In this document: one piece after another, positions 1-11,695 of the stretch
How positions within the stretch are numbered: the first letter of the stretch is position 1
How the letters are laid out: each line of letters begins with the position of its first letter
From: Octopus sinensis
Lineage: Eukaryota
DNA length: 37,906 bases
Assembly: GCF_006345805.1 (NCBI RefSeq)
Contig: NW_021835946.1
Span: forward strand, 1-37,906
Reading direction: 5' to 3'
The notes under the pieces: model-generated
What the model saw: the letters and a program-made list of their open reading frames with translations, nothing else
What the model was told of the DNA's origin: nothing
Databases searched by the model: none
Made by a program: the position numbers and the translations under genes

Positions 1-66
1 AGGCAATGTTGGCGCCAACGAGCTCTTAACCCAGAATGCAAGAAGCTGGAATATATACTGTATGGT

Positions 67-436
67 CATCATAATCATTGTTCGACCGTGGTCGAGACAA
101 TGGAATTTACCATGCTACGCCAGACTTCACGGTCCATCATGGCATTACGGAGGTCCTGTTGCTGGATGCCTGTATCCCTGGAGATTACATCAGGGTAGGA
201 GAGTGTGCGCCCTATGGTATTGCGAGTAGATGGCTTCCAGAGAGAAGAGTAGAAATTACTTCTTTTTCAGCTCTACACAATGTCCCAGCAAACTGGACTC
301 TCCTACATTTCACAAGAGATGACACAGGTGGTAGTTTCCCATATATTTGCATTTTGGTTGGATGGCGCTTCCACGAGAGATTTTGAGCTCTCATAAGGAG
401 GCGAGTGTAGGTTCCATCCAACCGCCTCTCAAGCTT
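67..436 (-). mobile_element. 5'-truncated RTE-clade LINE, 3' end of ORF (family 1)
   Basis: Translates KLERRLDGTYTRLLMRAQNLSWKRHPT...RRVQFAG, a typical RTE post-RT region. Closely similar to the plus-strand copy at 14477-15026. Ends in a TCGACC-AC-GGTCGA hairpin and an ATG-type tail. Confidence 0.85.
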
Positions 437-523
437 CTTTGTACCTACTGTATGGTACTTTGTCCGGTACCCTAAAGAGCATAAAAACAATTTTGAAGAA
501 TTCGAAGTCTGTATAATAACCAA

Positions 524-860
524 AGGCGCGGAGACGGCTGAGTGGTTAAGATAGACATCTTGCAATCAAATGGTTTCGGGCTCAATCTCACTGAAGGTTA
601 TATATATATATATAACCTTTCTCCACATAAATAGGCATGCGTGTGTGTGTTTTGTGCTTCCGTTTGCCCTACCACTGCTTGACAACCAGTGCTGGTTTGA
701 CTGCATTGTTGTTACTTACCTTTTCGCGCAAAAGAAAAAAATGGTCCTACAGAATAGGCACCAGATTGACAAAATAACTTGGGTTCACTTGTTTGACTAC
801 CCCTTTCAAAGCGGTGCTCCTGCATGGACGCAACTCAGTGGCTGAAACAAATAAATAAAA
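524..860 (+). mobile_element. Diverged tRNA-derived SINE, family A-related
   Basis: tRNA-like head (ggctgagtggttaag...ggtttcgggctcaatc) and a 3' end gcggtgctcctgcatggacgcaactcagtggctgaaacaaataaa homologous to the family A tail. Confidence 0.7.
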
Positions 861-868
861 ACAAACGT

Positions 869-1270
869 AGGCGTAGCAGTGGCCGTGTGGTAAGTAGCTT
901 GCTTACGAACCACATGGTCCCGGGTTCAGTCCTACTGCGTGACACCTTGGGCAAGTGTCTTCTACTATAGCCTCGGGCCGACCAAAGCCTTGTAAGTGGA
1001 TTTTGTACTGAAAGAAGCCCGCCCTATATATGTATGTGTGTGTGTGTGTATGTTTGTGTGTCTGTATTTGTCCCCCGCAACATCACTTGACAACCGATGC
1101 TAGTGTGTTTATGTCCGCGTAACTAGCGGTTCGGCAATAGAGACCGATAGAATAAGTACTAGGCTTACAAAGAATAAGTCCCGGGGTCGATCTGCTCGAC
1201 TAAAGGCGGTGCTCCAGCATGGCCACAGTCAAATGACTGAAACAAGTAAAAGAGTAAAAAAGTAAAAGAG
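869..1270 (+). mobile_element. SINE family A, near full length
   Basis: tRNA-like head with A/B-box-like motifs, a CORE-like accttgggcaagtgtctt segment, internal (TA)/(TG) microsatellite and gtaaaaga-repeat tail. Homologous to several other copies in the window. Confidence 0.9.
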
Positions 1271-2070
1271 ATAAATAACATTTGTGATTTCAGTTTGGAT
1301 GTTTAATTATAACCGTAATTAATAAAGCAAATGATTAATTCATTATGTGAACCTGATCGGATTTAACCCCGTTTTCTGTTTTTTTCTTTTTTTGCAGCAA
1401 AATTAATAAAACGACGTAGTTGTTTTACTGTTGCGTTATTTCAATATTCTACCGGAAGATGTATTAAAGTGGATGTTGAGAGGGATCCTAAGTTGTTACT
1501 TCCGCTTTTGAGAAACAATAAAAACATGAGTACATAATGGATTTTTCTGCATGAAAGCTGTTGTTACACTTGCACTTAACAAAAACAATAGTGTATGGCA
1601 ACTCTGCTATGTTCTTGGCCTTCCCACTCAAATCTTTATATCAGTAACCACTTTATTCCACTTATTTTTCTCTTCTTTTATTTACATGGCTCTTTCTATC
1701 TCTCTGTTTTCCTCGCCCTCAGATAGCTAAACGCTAGATTTTTTTCCCCTCCTAAAAGCAACAGAACTGATTGAACACTTCTCAAGAGCTGCCTATTGTT
1801 CGATGTATTGTACATGTAAAGTGACTTGTGTACCACATAGGAGCCCTAACTCAGCCAACGTTGATCCTGAACCTCCACGTCTCTGTGCAGGCCTGAACAG
1901 TTTCATAGCTAGAATGTGCGCCGCTCAATGCAGCTTTTAAGTTTCCCGCTCCCAGGATACCCAGGATACCCAGGATACAAACCTATACACTAAACCCAAA
2001 ATGCCGCCTCAAAAGTGTCGTCCCTCACGAACCGACCCCTCTCGGTTCACCTTAGCTACGCGAATAGACC

Positions 2071-2394
2071 TACTCTTTTAGTCTTTTACTCGTTTCAGGC
2101 ATTTGACTGTGGCCATGCTGGAGCACCGCTTTTAGTCAAGCACATCGACCCCAGAACTTATTCTTTGTAAGCCTAGTACTTATTCTATCGGTCTCTTTTT
2201 GCCGAACTAGGTTACGGGGACGTAAATACACTATTTATATATACGACGGGCTTATTTCAGTTCCCGTCTACCAAATCCACTCACAAGACTTTGGTAGGCC
2301 CGAGGCTAGAGTAGAAGACAATTGCCCAATATGCCACGCAGTGAGAGTGAATCTGGAACCATGTGGTTGGTAAGCAAGCTACTTACCACACAGT
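2071..2394 (-). mobile_element. SINE family A with internal deletion
   Basis: Reverse complement aligns to 869-1270; the segment around the internal microsatellite is missing. Confidence 0.9.
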
Positions 2395-2454
2395 CTGTAG
2401 AATTTTAAACAATTTTATTTTGTCACATAAATTTTATCAGCAATATCTTATTTG

Positions 2455-2494
2455 AATCCCCAGGGGCCATATGAACCCTGGTTGGGAACCACTG
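2455..2494. mobile_element. hAT/Charlie-type terminal inverted repeat remnant
   Basis: ggttgggaaccactg (2480-2494) is the reverse complement of CAGTGGTTCCCAACC, a common hAT MITE terminus. No partner end seen. Confidence 0.4.
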
Positions 2495-2729
2495 CTATAA
2501 ATGGTAGCCTGTTCTGATAAAAACAGTCGCTAAATTTTCCTCACCTCACAACATAAAGTCATAGAAAAGGCCATGTTGGATAATACGTTCTTAGCTTCCT
2601 CAACACATAGACCAAAGCCTGATGGCCATTAGTAAAATATTATTAGACATGTTTCCTCAAGAACGGGATGGCTTTGGACCAAATAACAACTGCATTATCT
2701 ACAATGACAAATTACACGCGTACTAATGC

Positions 2730-2850
2730 AGTCGGCTTATTAAAAAAGCTCCTGCAAAATGGAGGAAGTATACATTCCATAATAGAGTGCTAAATGTCAG
2801 AAAAGTACCATCCACGATTGTCATAACTGGGTTGTCTTTAACCATAGTTC
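2730..2850 (+). mobile_element. Ancient CR1-like LINE ORF2 C-terminal remnant
   Basis: Frame from 2760 reads WRKYTFHNRVLNVRKVPSTIV, resembling the CR1 RKxFFxxRVxNxWNxLP motif. Confidence 0.35.
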
Positions 2851-3404
2851 TTATCGAGCATAGCTACTCTGAGATTGAATGACAATAACCACAACACAAA
2901 GAAAACATCTTAGCAAGCCACAACAGCAATTATAGCAGTAAAGTCAACGCCAATATATCATAGAACTGCAGGTTTTGCCTAAGAAGTTCTGTATATAAAA
3001 AACAGTTAACGATATTTCTTAACCGGAGGTCAAGACAGTTGTCTCTCTGCCGTCATCAGAGGAGTTTTCTCTTCAGCTGATTCTAGATGCATAAAAGTTC
3101 TATTGTCTCAAATCTTTAGAGCCTCGAGGTAGATCTAACGAGTATTGTAGTACATCAATAAATACCCAGTCTGCTACACTCCCATAATCTTTATAAAGTG
3201 CGCCATAGAAGTTCAACTAGCTTAGTTGAAATATCTGACTTGTAAAATATCTGACCACCTGGTCCGTATTGACCAACATGTATTGTCCTACATAGTGACG
3301 GAATGTCAGGCGCTCGTATGCGTACACACATACATATATACATACAATCATATATATTATACATGCATTTGCTTACGTGTGTGTGTATAAATAGCGACGT
3401 ATAT

Positions 3405-3435
<31 letters not shown>

Positions 3436-3473
3436 TATGTACAATCTCTACATGCAGGTATTAATGCTAGGTT

Positions 3474-3513
<40 letters not shown>

Positions 3514-3516
<3 letters not shown>

Positions 3517-4946
3517 TCTCAAGAAAGACATGATTTTCGCCGCCCGCCAGCTCCAGGAGAAATGCATGGAGCAGCACCTTGACCTCTGCATGACCTTTGT
3601 TGACCTCACCAGGGCTCTCGATACAGTCAGTCGGGAGGGACTCTGGAAGGTCATGGGAAAATTTGGTTGCCCCAGCAAATCTATTGCAATTGTCCGCCAG
3701 TTCCACTACGGAATGACAGCCAGAGTCCTTGAAGACGGCAACTCATCTGAAGTCTTCCAGGTGACCAACGGAGTCAGACAGGGCTGTGTTCTGGCCCCAA
3801 TACTGTTCAGCATCATGTTTCTGGGCGCAATGCTGTCCGACGCCTTCAGGGACTGCAAGTCGGTATCGTCATCAACTACAGACGGATGGGAATTTTTCAA
3901 CTCCAGAAGATTGCAGGCCGTCACAAAGGTGAGGGAGACAGTCGTCAGAGACTTTCTCTTTGCTGACGACTGCGCCTTAACGCAATCGATGAGCAGGAGA
4001 TGCAGCTCGGGATGGACAGGTTCTCATCAGCCTGGACAACTTCGGTCTCACCATCAGTGCCAAGAAAACCGAAGTGATGTTTCAGCCAGCCCCCGGCAAA
4101 CAATACCATGAGCCTCAGATAAAGATGAACGGATGGATCCTACGAGCGGTGGAAAACTTCACCTACCTGGGCAGCACTCTCTCTGCAATGCCAACATAGA
4201 TGCTGAAATCATCAACAGAATCTCCAAGGCAAGCAGCGCGTTTGGGAGACTGCGAAAGAAAGTCTGGAGCGGAGAGGAATCAGCTTCAACACCAAGCTGA
4301 AGTCTACCGGCAGTCGTTCTTACCACCTACCCTATACGGCTGCGAGACGTGGATTGCTTACCGAAGGCACGAGCGCCAGATAAACCCACTTCCACCTCAG
4401 TGTCTTCGGAACCTCCTTCACATCCGCTGGCAGGACAAAGTCCCAGACACAAGTTCTGAAGCAGGCAGATCTCCCTAGCACAATCACGATCATGCGCAAG
4501 GCCCAGCTGAGATGGGCAGGCCACGTCTTCCCGCATGTCCGACACTCGCATCCCAAAACAGCTCTTCTCTACGTGAACTCAGCCAGGGCAAACGCAAAGT
4601 CGGAGGGCAGAAGAAGCGCTTCAAGGACAGTCTCAAAGTCTCTCTCAAAGACTTCTCCATCGGCACAGAGACTTGGGAGATATTGCTGCCGACCCACTCA
4701 TCCTGGCGCAGCGCAATCACCACAGGAGCAAAGACAGCCGAGGAGAGACGGATTCAGTCAGCAGAACAGAAACGCCAGATGCGGAAAGCCAGAGCCACCT
4801 GCACCAATAGCACAGCCCCTACCCACTTCTGCCCACACTGAGGGAGGGGCTTTCTTGCCCGGATTGGCCTCACCAGCCACCTCCGGTCTCATACCAGCAA
4901 TTCCACCAATGATATCAATGGTTACCTTCGAACCCGAAGGACAAAC
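3514..4946 (+). mobile_element. 5'-truncated RTE (BovB/RTE-1-like) LINE: RT domain to 3' end, frameshifted
   Basis: DMIFAARQLQEKC, FVDLTRALDTV, GVRQGCVLAP, FLFADDCAL (catalytic), YLGSTLS, LYGCETW, QLRWAGHV, GGQKKRFKD and a C-terminal C2H2-like finger. 3' hairpin ccttcg-aacc-cgaagg. Several 1-nt frameshifts. Confidence 0.95.
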
Positions 4947-4947
4947 A

Positions 4948-5039
<92 letters not shown>

Positions 5040-5074
5040 GATATATATATATATATATATGTACACGTTTGTGA

Positions 5075-5112
<38 letters not shown>

Positions 5113-5145
5113 GCGCGCATGTAAGCGTGTGTGTATGTGTGTTTC
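4948..5145. repeat. (TA)n followed by (TG)n microsatellite
   Basis: Directly visible. Confidence 0.95.
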
Positions 5146-5218
5146 TGCATGATGCTCTAGAAACAATTCCCGGAAAGTCTAGACAAACACAACCACTAGA
5201 TTAAGACAGATTGGGTGA

Positions 5219-5227
5219 GATAGATAA

Positions 5228-5306
<79 letters not shown>
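5219..5306. repeat. (GATA)n microsatellite
   Basis: Directly visible. Confidence 0.95.
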
Positions 5307-5308
<2 letters not shown>

Positions 5309-5459
5309 GTCAGACAGGAACAAAGACGTTACTACCTTAAGGGTTACGAACAAAATGAGAGCTGGCTGGAGTAGGATGGACGAACCTATATAATATAATA
5401 TAATTTAACAGACATGACGGTCACAACACAAATATAACAACACACCACGACACGCTTAC

Positions 5460-5524
5460 ACATACGTTCATGCATACACATACATTCTCTGATACAAATG
5501 CAACCGCACACACACACACACACT

Positions 5525-5590
<66 letters not shown>

Positions 5591-5761
5591 ATATATATAC
5601 GCACATACAAACACAAATAACATACACAAAAATCTATGCACAGATATGCAAATATACTCAGACACATACAAACACGCATTTAATCGCATATAAATGCAGA
5701 ACTGCACGTAGATTTACACTCATACATATACACGCATGCACATACATATATTTGTATTGAG

Positions 5762-5793
<32 letters not shown>

Positions 5794-6091
5794 ATCATAT
5801 ATACATACATATATCTGTATATATCTATACACATACACACACACACACACACCCCACACACATATATATATATATATATATTATATGCAGATATATATAT
5901 ATATAAATGAGACATGCACAGGTACACAGAGACTCATAGATAGTCATACAAGCAGACATATAAATGCAAATATACACAAGAATATATGAGTACGTGTCTG
6001 TCTGTTTGTGTGTGCGTATGCATATATATAACATACACACACACATACACACAGACACAGACACAAACACACAGACACAAACACACACAAC

Positions 6092-6153
<62 letters not shown>

Positions 6154-6420
6154 GGTACATTCGCACAGATACACACATACCTCATATACCCACAAGAATT
6201 ATACATCTATCCACATATCCACATACACGTATACATACTGATTTATTTATTGTTCTTATATTGGTTACGGCTGCTTCTTTGCCTGTCTTTTGTCATCCCC
6301 CAAGAAAGAGAAAGAGAAAGAACGAAGAAAGAAGACAAAGAAAGAAAGAAAGAAGACAAAGAAAGAAAGAAAGAAAGAAATGAAGGAAGGAAAAGAACAA
6401 GAAGAAAGAAGCAACAGATA
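5460..6420. repeat. Mosaic of (CA)n, (TA)n and GAAA-rich repeats
   Basis: Directly visible; explains the HT/YI/VC/RK-rich ORFs. Confidence 0.9.
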
Positions 6421-6789
6421 AACTTCCTTTGTCTTGCTTAAGTCTTATGTTACCACCACAACCATCAACATCACCACTACCGCAACATCACCACTACCGC
6501 AACATCACCACAACCATCAACATCACCACTACCGCAACAACAACTCCATCAACGTAATCACGCCACATACAACTAAGACGAGCTAAGGGAAGTAACACAA
6601 GTAGACCAATGACCTGAATTTAGATGAATAAATTCAAGGTCGATGAACTTTAACAAAATTATTTCCCGTAACCATAAAATTAGTTGGAAGAGAATAAAAA
6701 TGAATCCTAGCGGTATTTGTTAGTGTTACTGAGGGTTAAGGGGAGATAATTTCATTATATTAAGAATTAATTTCACAAAATTATTTATC

Positions 6790-7177
6790 GGTGTGGTTAT
6801 CGCTGTGTAGTTAAGAGCCCCACTTTGCAATCAGGTTGTTTCGGGTTCAATCCCTCTGCGTGGTACCTTGGACGAGTGTCTTCTACTAGAGCCCCGACAC
6901 GGGCCGACCAATGCCTTGTGAATGGATTTGGTAGATGAAAACTGAGTTGAAGCCCATCGAATATGTGCGTGTGTGTGTGTACGTGTGTGTATGTGTGTCT
7001 GTTTTTGTTGCCCTCTCTCCGCCACCACACTGCTTGACAAGTTATGTTGACTTTACTTTCTTGTAGGTTAGCGGTTCGACAAATGAGGTCAATAGAATAA
7101 GTACTGGGTTCGATTTGTTCCAGGAAAGCCTTCCAGCAGGGCTGCGCTTCGAAGGTTGAAACAAGTAAAAGTTAAAA
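6790..7177 (+). mobile_element. Older SINE family A-related copy
   Basis: tRNA-like head, gtaccttggacgagtgtcttctact core, internal TG tract and gaaacaagtaaaag tail. Confidence 0.8.
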
Positions 7178-7212
7178 TACAATAATCACTTTGTATCTAT
7201 AAGAAAAAAATA

Positions 7213-7448
7213 CAGTATACCCTCGCGATATCGCGGTTCATCTATCACGGTTCACCTATCACGGTTTATTATTTAAGCTTACGTTGATTCTTCCGTTTTG
7301 CATTTGTAGTAAAATAAATTTATACAAATTATAAAATAATAAAAAAAAAAATTCAGTACAGTACTGTTTTGAGTTCGCGGATTTTCACTTATCGAGGGGT
7401 GCTTTGGAACGTAACACACGCGATAGTCGAGGGTGTTACGTTTAACTG
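7213..7448 (+). mobile_element. pogo/Tigger-type MITE
   Basis: TA flanks on both sides; cagtataccctcgcgatatcgcgg left end and cgcgatagtcgaggg...ctg right end. Homologous to 24085-24317 in the opposite orientation. Confidence 0.75.
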
Positions 7449-7512
7449 TACATATTTAGAACAAAAGTCTGAACCTAGATTGCAAGCAAGTTGACGCTAG
7501 GTTTATTTTCAG

Positions 7513-7531
7513 CCATATTCGTCGTCATCAG
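7513..7531 (+). other. Candidate 19-nt micro-exon
   Basis: tttattttcAG | ccatattcgtcgtcatcag | GTAAGc, with a ttgac branch-like site upstream. No partner exon identified. Confidence 0.2.
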
Positions 7532-7621
7532 GTAAGCTTAGAGAAATTTTGGCTTACTTTGGTCAAACGATATAAATTAAAGTATCTGGTCGAATTAGGG
7601 TTGACCTGCAGTTGAACGTCC

Positions 7622-8198
7622 ATCAGTGGTGACGACGACAATGATGACATCGATAACAACAACAGCAACAATGTCTAACTTTCTGACTTCGCTTCCTTCC
7701 TATAGACAACACAACCACCGTCACCTCCTTCTCTTCCACCAAAGCCGCCGCCATCACAATTATTTCTAGTGCCACCGTAATCATTACTAACGCCATCGCA
7801 ACCGTCATCACCACCACCATCACCACCATTAACAACAACAGCAACAACTGTAATAAATATACAAACATCACGCCACTTCGCAATCATTGCAACAACTGCC
7901 ATCTCCATCTCCACCATAATCACCACCACCCCCGTCACCACCCCAGTACCGTCATCAGCATCATCACCACATCATCATCATCATCACCATCATTATCAAA
8001 TTACAACTATTACCACAACTACTACTAAGACAACTACCTTTACTCCTACCGCTACTACTTCCAGCACTACCAATACTACTAACACCGCCACATCATCACC
8101 ACCATAAATACCACTACCACCATCACCACTACCACCACCACCACCACAGCCACTTCTACGACTGCTGTTGCTGGTGCTGGTGCCACTATTGCTACTTT

Positions 8199-8271
<73 letters not shown>

Positions 8272-10770
8272 GCTACTACTACTGTTGCTGCTGTTGTCAC
8301 CAAGAGTACCACAAGCTCCAATAACGCCAACAACAACAACACAACTATCACCGGTACAATGACAACGACTTCCACTATCACCACCACCACCACCAATCCA
8401 CAGCCACTACCGCCACCACCAAGACCATCACCACCACCATCATCACCATCACTACCGCCAAGAACAGCAGCACTAACGTCAAGAATGACACCATCACCAT
8501 CACTAACGACAACAGCAATAGCACGACTACTACTAACCACTACTACACTAACACTACAACTAGAACCACTACGAACACCATCAACACTATCGCCAATACT
8601 ACCACTACCGACGACAACAATAATAACAACACAACCAAAGCCATCACCACTGTTAATATCGTCAATAACATCACCAATAACAGTAGTGGTATCACCACCA
8701 ACTTCACAAGAATACCACCACCAAAACCGCCACCACCTCCACCAAAACTACTACTATCACCACCACTACCAAAACTACGATCAGCACTTCTACCACCAAC
8801 ACCAGCACCACCAGCACCACCAAAACTACCACTACTACTGTCACCACCACCACCACCACCAAAACTACCACTACCACTATCACCACCACCACCAACCAAT
8901 CACAGCCACTTACTAACCGCCACCACCAAGACCATCACCACCACCCATCACACCATCAACCATCAACTACCGCCAAGAACAGCAGCACTAACGTCAAGAA
9001 TGACACCATCACCATCACTAACTAACGAAACAGCAATAGCACGACTACTACTAACACTACTACACTAACACTACAACTAGAACCACTACGAACACCATCA
9101 ACACTATCGCCAATACTACCACTACCGACGACAACAATATAACACCACACAAAACCAAAGCCATCACCACTGTTAATATCGTCAATAACATCACCAATAA
9201 CAGTAGTGGTATCACCACCAACTTCACAGAATAACCCACCAAAAACCGGCCACCACCTCCACCAAAACTACTACTATCACCACCACTAACCAAAACTACG
9301 ATCAGCACTTTCTAACCACCAACACACCATCACCACCAGCACCACCAAAACTACCACTAACTACTGTCACCACCACCACCACCACCAAAACTACCACTAC
9401 CACTATCACCACCCAACCCCACTTCCACCACCACCAACAACACCACCAACACCAAAACCGTCACCACTACCACCACTATCACACCCACCACCCACCACCA
9501 CCACCACCACTACTACCACACCGACAATATCATCACTATTGTCACTACTACCACGAACATCAACACCACCAACAATCATGTCAACACCAAAACCTACCAC
9601 TCCCTCCACCACCAACACCACCACTAACCACATCACCACCGCAACCAACATCGTCGCTACCAACACCATCAACATAACTACTACCACCAGCACACCACTG
9701 CCAGCACCACCATCACCAAAGCCACAAGCACTACCACCACAACCATCACCGCCACCACCATCAAAATCAACACCATCATTACCACAATCACCACTACCAT
9801 CACCACGAACGCTGTCACCACCACCCTCCACCACCATCGCCACCACTACCAACACCACTGTCACCATCGGCACCATCAAAACCAACACCGTCGTCATTAA
9901 ACAATCACTACCAATACCATCAACACCAGACACATCACGGTCACCAGCAGCGTCACCATCACCACCACGACCACGACCAACAACAACATCGCCACCACCA
10001 CTACCATACCATCATCACTATGAACACCAGACACATCATGGTCACCAACAGCGTCACCATCGCCACCGCCGCCGCCACCAATACCACCACCACCACCACC
10101 ACTAACCTTGCTATCACCATCACCACCACCACGTCCACCACCACTACCAAACCATCATCACTATCAACACCAGACACATCACGATCACCAACAGCGCCAC
10201 TATCACCACCGTCGCCACCACCACCACCCACCACCACCATCATCACGGTCACCAGTAGCGACACCATCAACGCTACCACTACCACCACCACTACCATACC
10301 ATCACCACTATGAACACCAGACACATCATGGTCACCAACAGCGCCACTATCACCATCGCCAACACCACCACCACCACCATCAGCACCACCATCAGCACCA
10401 CCAGCACTACCACCACCACCACCTCACACCAATCACACCACCACAATACAGCGCCACCACCACCACCACCACCACCATCATCACGGTCACCAGTAGCGAC
10501 ACCATCAACGCTACCCTACCACCACCACTACCATACCATCACCACTATGAACACCAGACACATCACGGTCACCAACAGCGCCACTATCACCATCGCCAAG
10601 ACCACCACCACCACCATCAGCACCACCATCAGCACCACCAGCACTACCACCACCACCACCATCACCACCAATAACAGCGCCACCACCACCAACAACACCA
10701 CTATCACCTCCACCACCGCCACCGCCACCACCACCACCACCACCCATAACCAAAACAAAAATAACAACAC
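7622..10770. repeat. Cryptic trinucleotide array (ACC/ACT/AAC/ATC/GCC/GTC) with internal duplications
   Basis: Triplet periodicity throughout, pure (CTA)n near 8198-8270, a 503-bp tandem duplication and a ~237-bp duplication. Confidence 0.9.
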
Positions 10771-11018
10771 AAATGCTGTAATACGTTTTGATTGCCCTAC
10801 ATTTTTATTTACGTTTTTTAAATGAATTTCTTTATTATTATTACTCTTTATTTACTTGTTATATCGTGTGTGTGTGTGTGTGTGTGTGTGTGTTGTATGT
10901 GTATTGTGTTGAACTTGACCTAGAAACCTTGCAACTTCTTCCTTACTGCCACCTCATCCTTCTCCTCGCAACCTTCTCCTCCAGCCTTTACCTTTCGGGA
11001 GGGTTTTGTGTATTTTGA

Positions 11019-11095
11019 CGGTCGGTCGGTTGGCTGGTTGGTAGGTTGGTCGGTCGGTCGGTCGGTTGGTCGGCTGGCTGATTGGCTGGCTGGTT
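11019..11095. repeat. (GGTC/GGTT/GGCT)n tetranucleotide repeat
   Basis: Directly visible. Confidence 0.85.
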
Positions 11096-11159
11096 AATTT
11101 TTTTTTCGGTCATTTTGTTTTCGTGTTTTTAGTGACTTTTTTTTATTTATTCGGCACAG

Positions 11160-11232
11160 ACTACACACACACACACGCACTGCTGACATCTACAGGCTGT
11201 CTTTATACATATACATACATACCAATACATGC

Positions 11233-11280
<48 letters not shown>

Positions 11281-11456
11281 CGCACAGGCACGTGTGCGTG
11301 TGTGTATATGTGTTTGTATACGTATCATGTGTTTATTTGTATACATTCACTTACACATGCGTACCCGTTTATATATATATATATGCATATATATATATGT
11401 CGTTTATATATATATATACATGCATATATATATATATATATATATATGCATGTATA

Positions 11457-11492
<36 letters not shown>

Positions 11493-11493
11493 A

Positions 11494-11525
<32 letters not shown>

Positions 11526-11656
11526 GCATGTATAAAGCTCTATATATATATATTATATTATATATATATACATGCATATATATATATGATGTATATTATA
11601 TATTATATATACACACCCCATACATATGCATGTACATACACGCTCACGTACACACA

Positions 11657-11695
<39 letters not shown>
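11160..11695. repeat. (CA)/(TA)/(CT) microsatellite mosaic
   Basis: Directly visible; atatatgcatgtataaagctct occurs twice. Confidence 0.9.

Noticed and set aside
1370-1536. Strong-looking acceptor (ttttttgcag) with a short open frame
   Set aside because: No good donor, no recognisable product, and such tracts are common in AT-rich DNA.
1951-1978. (cccaggata)x3 repeat
   Set aside because: Simple local slippage with no further structure.
6611-6641. gacctgaattta/taaattcaaggtc hairpin
   Set aside because: Single short imperfect inverted repeat, expected by chance in 38 kb of AT-rich DNA.
7623-10825. Long Thr/Pro/His/Val-rich ORFs resembling mucin or extensin
   Set aside because: A by-product of stop-free RNY triplet arrays on both strands; phase breaks repeatedly and there are no flanking splice or domain signals.
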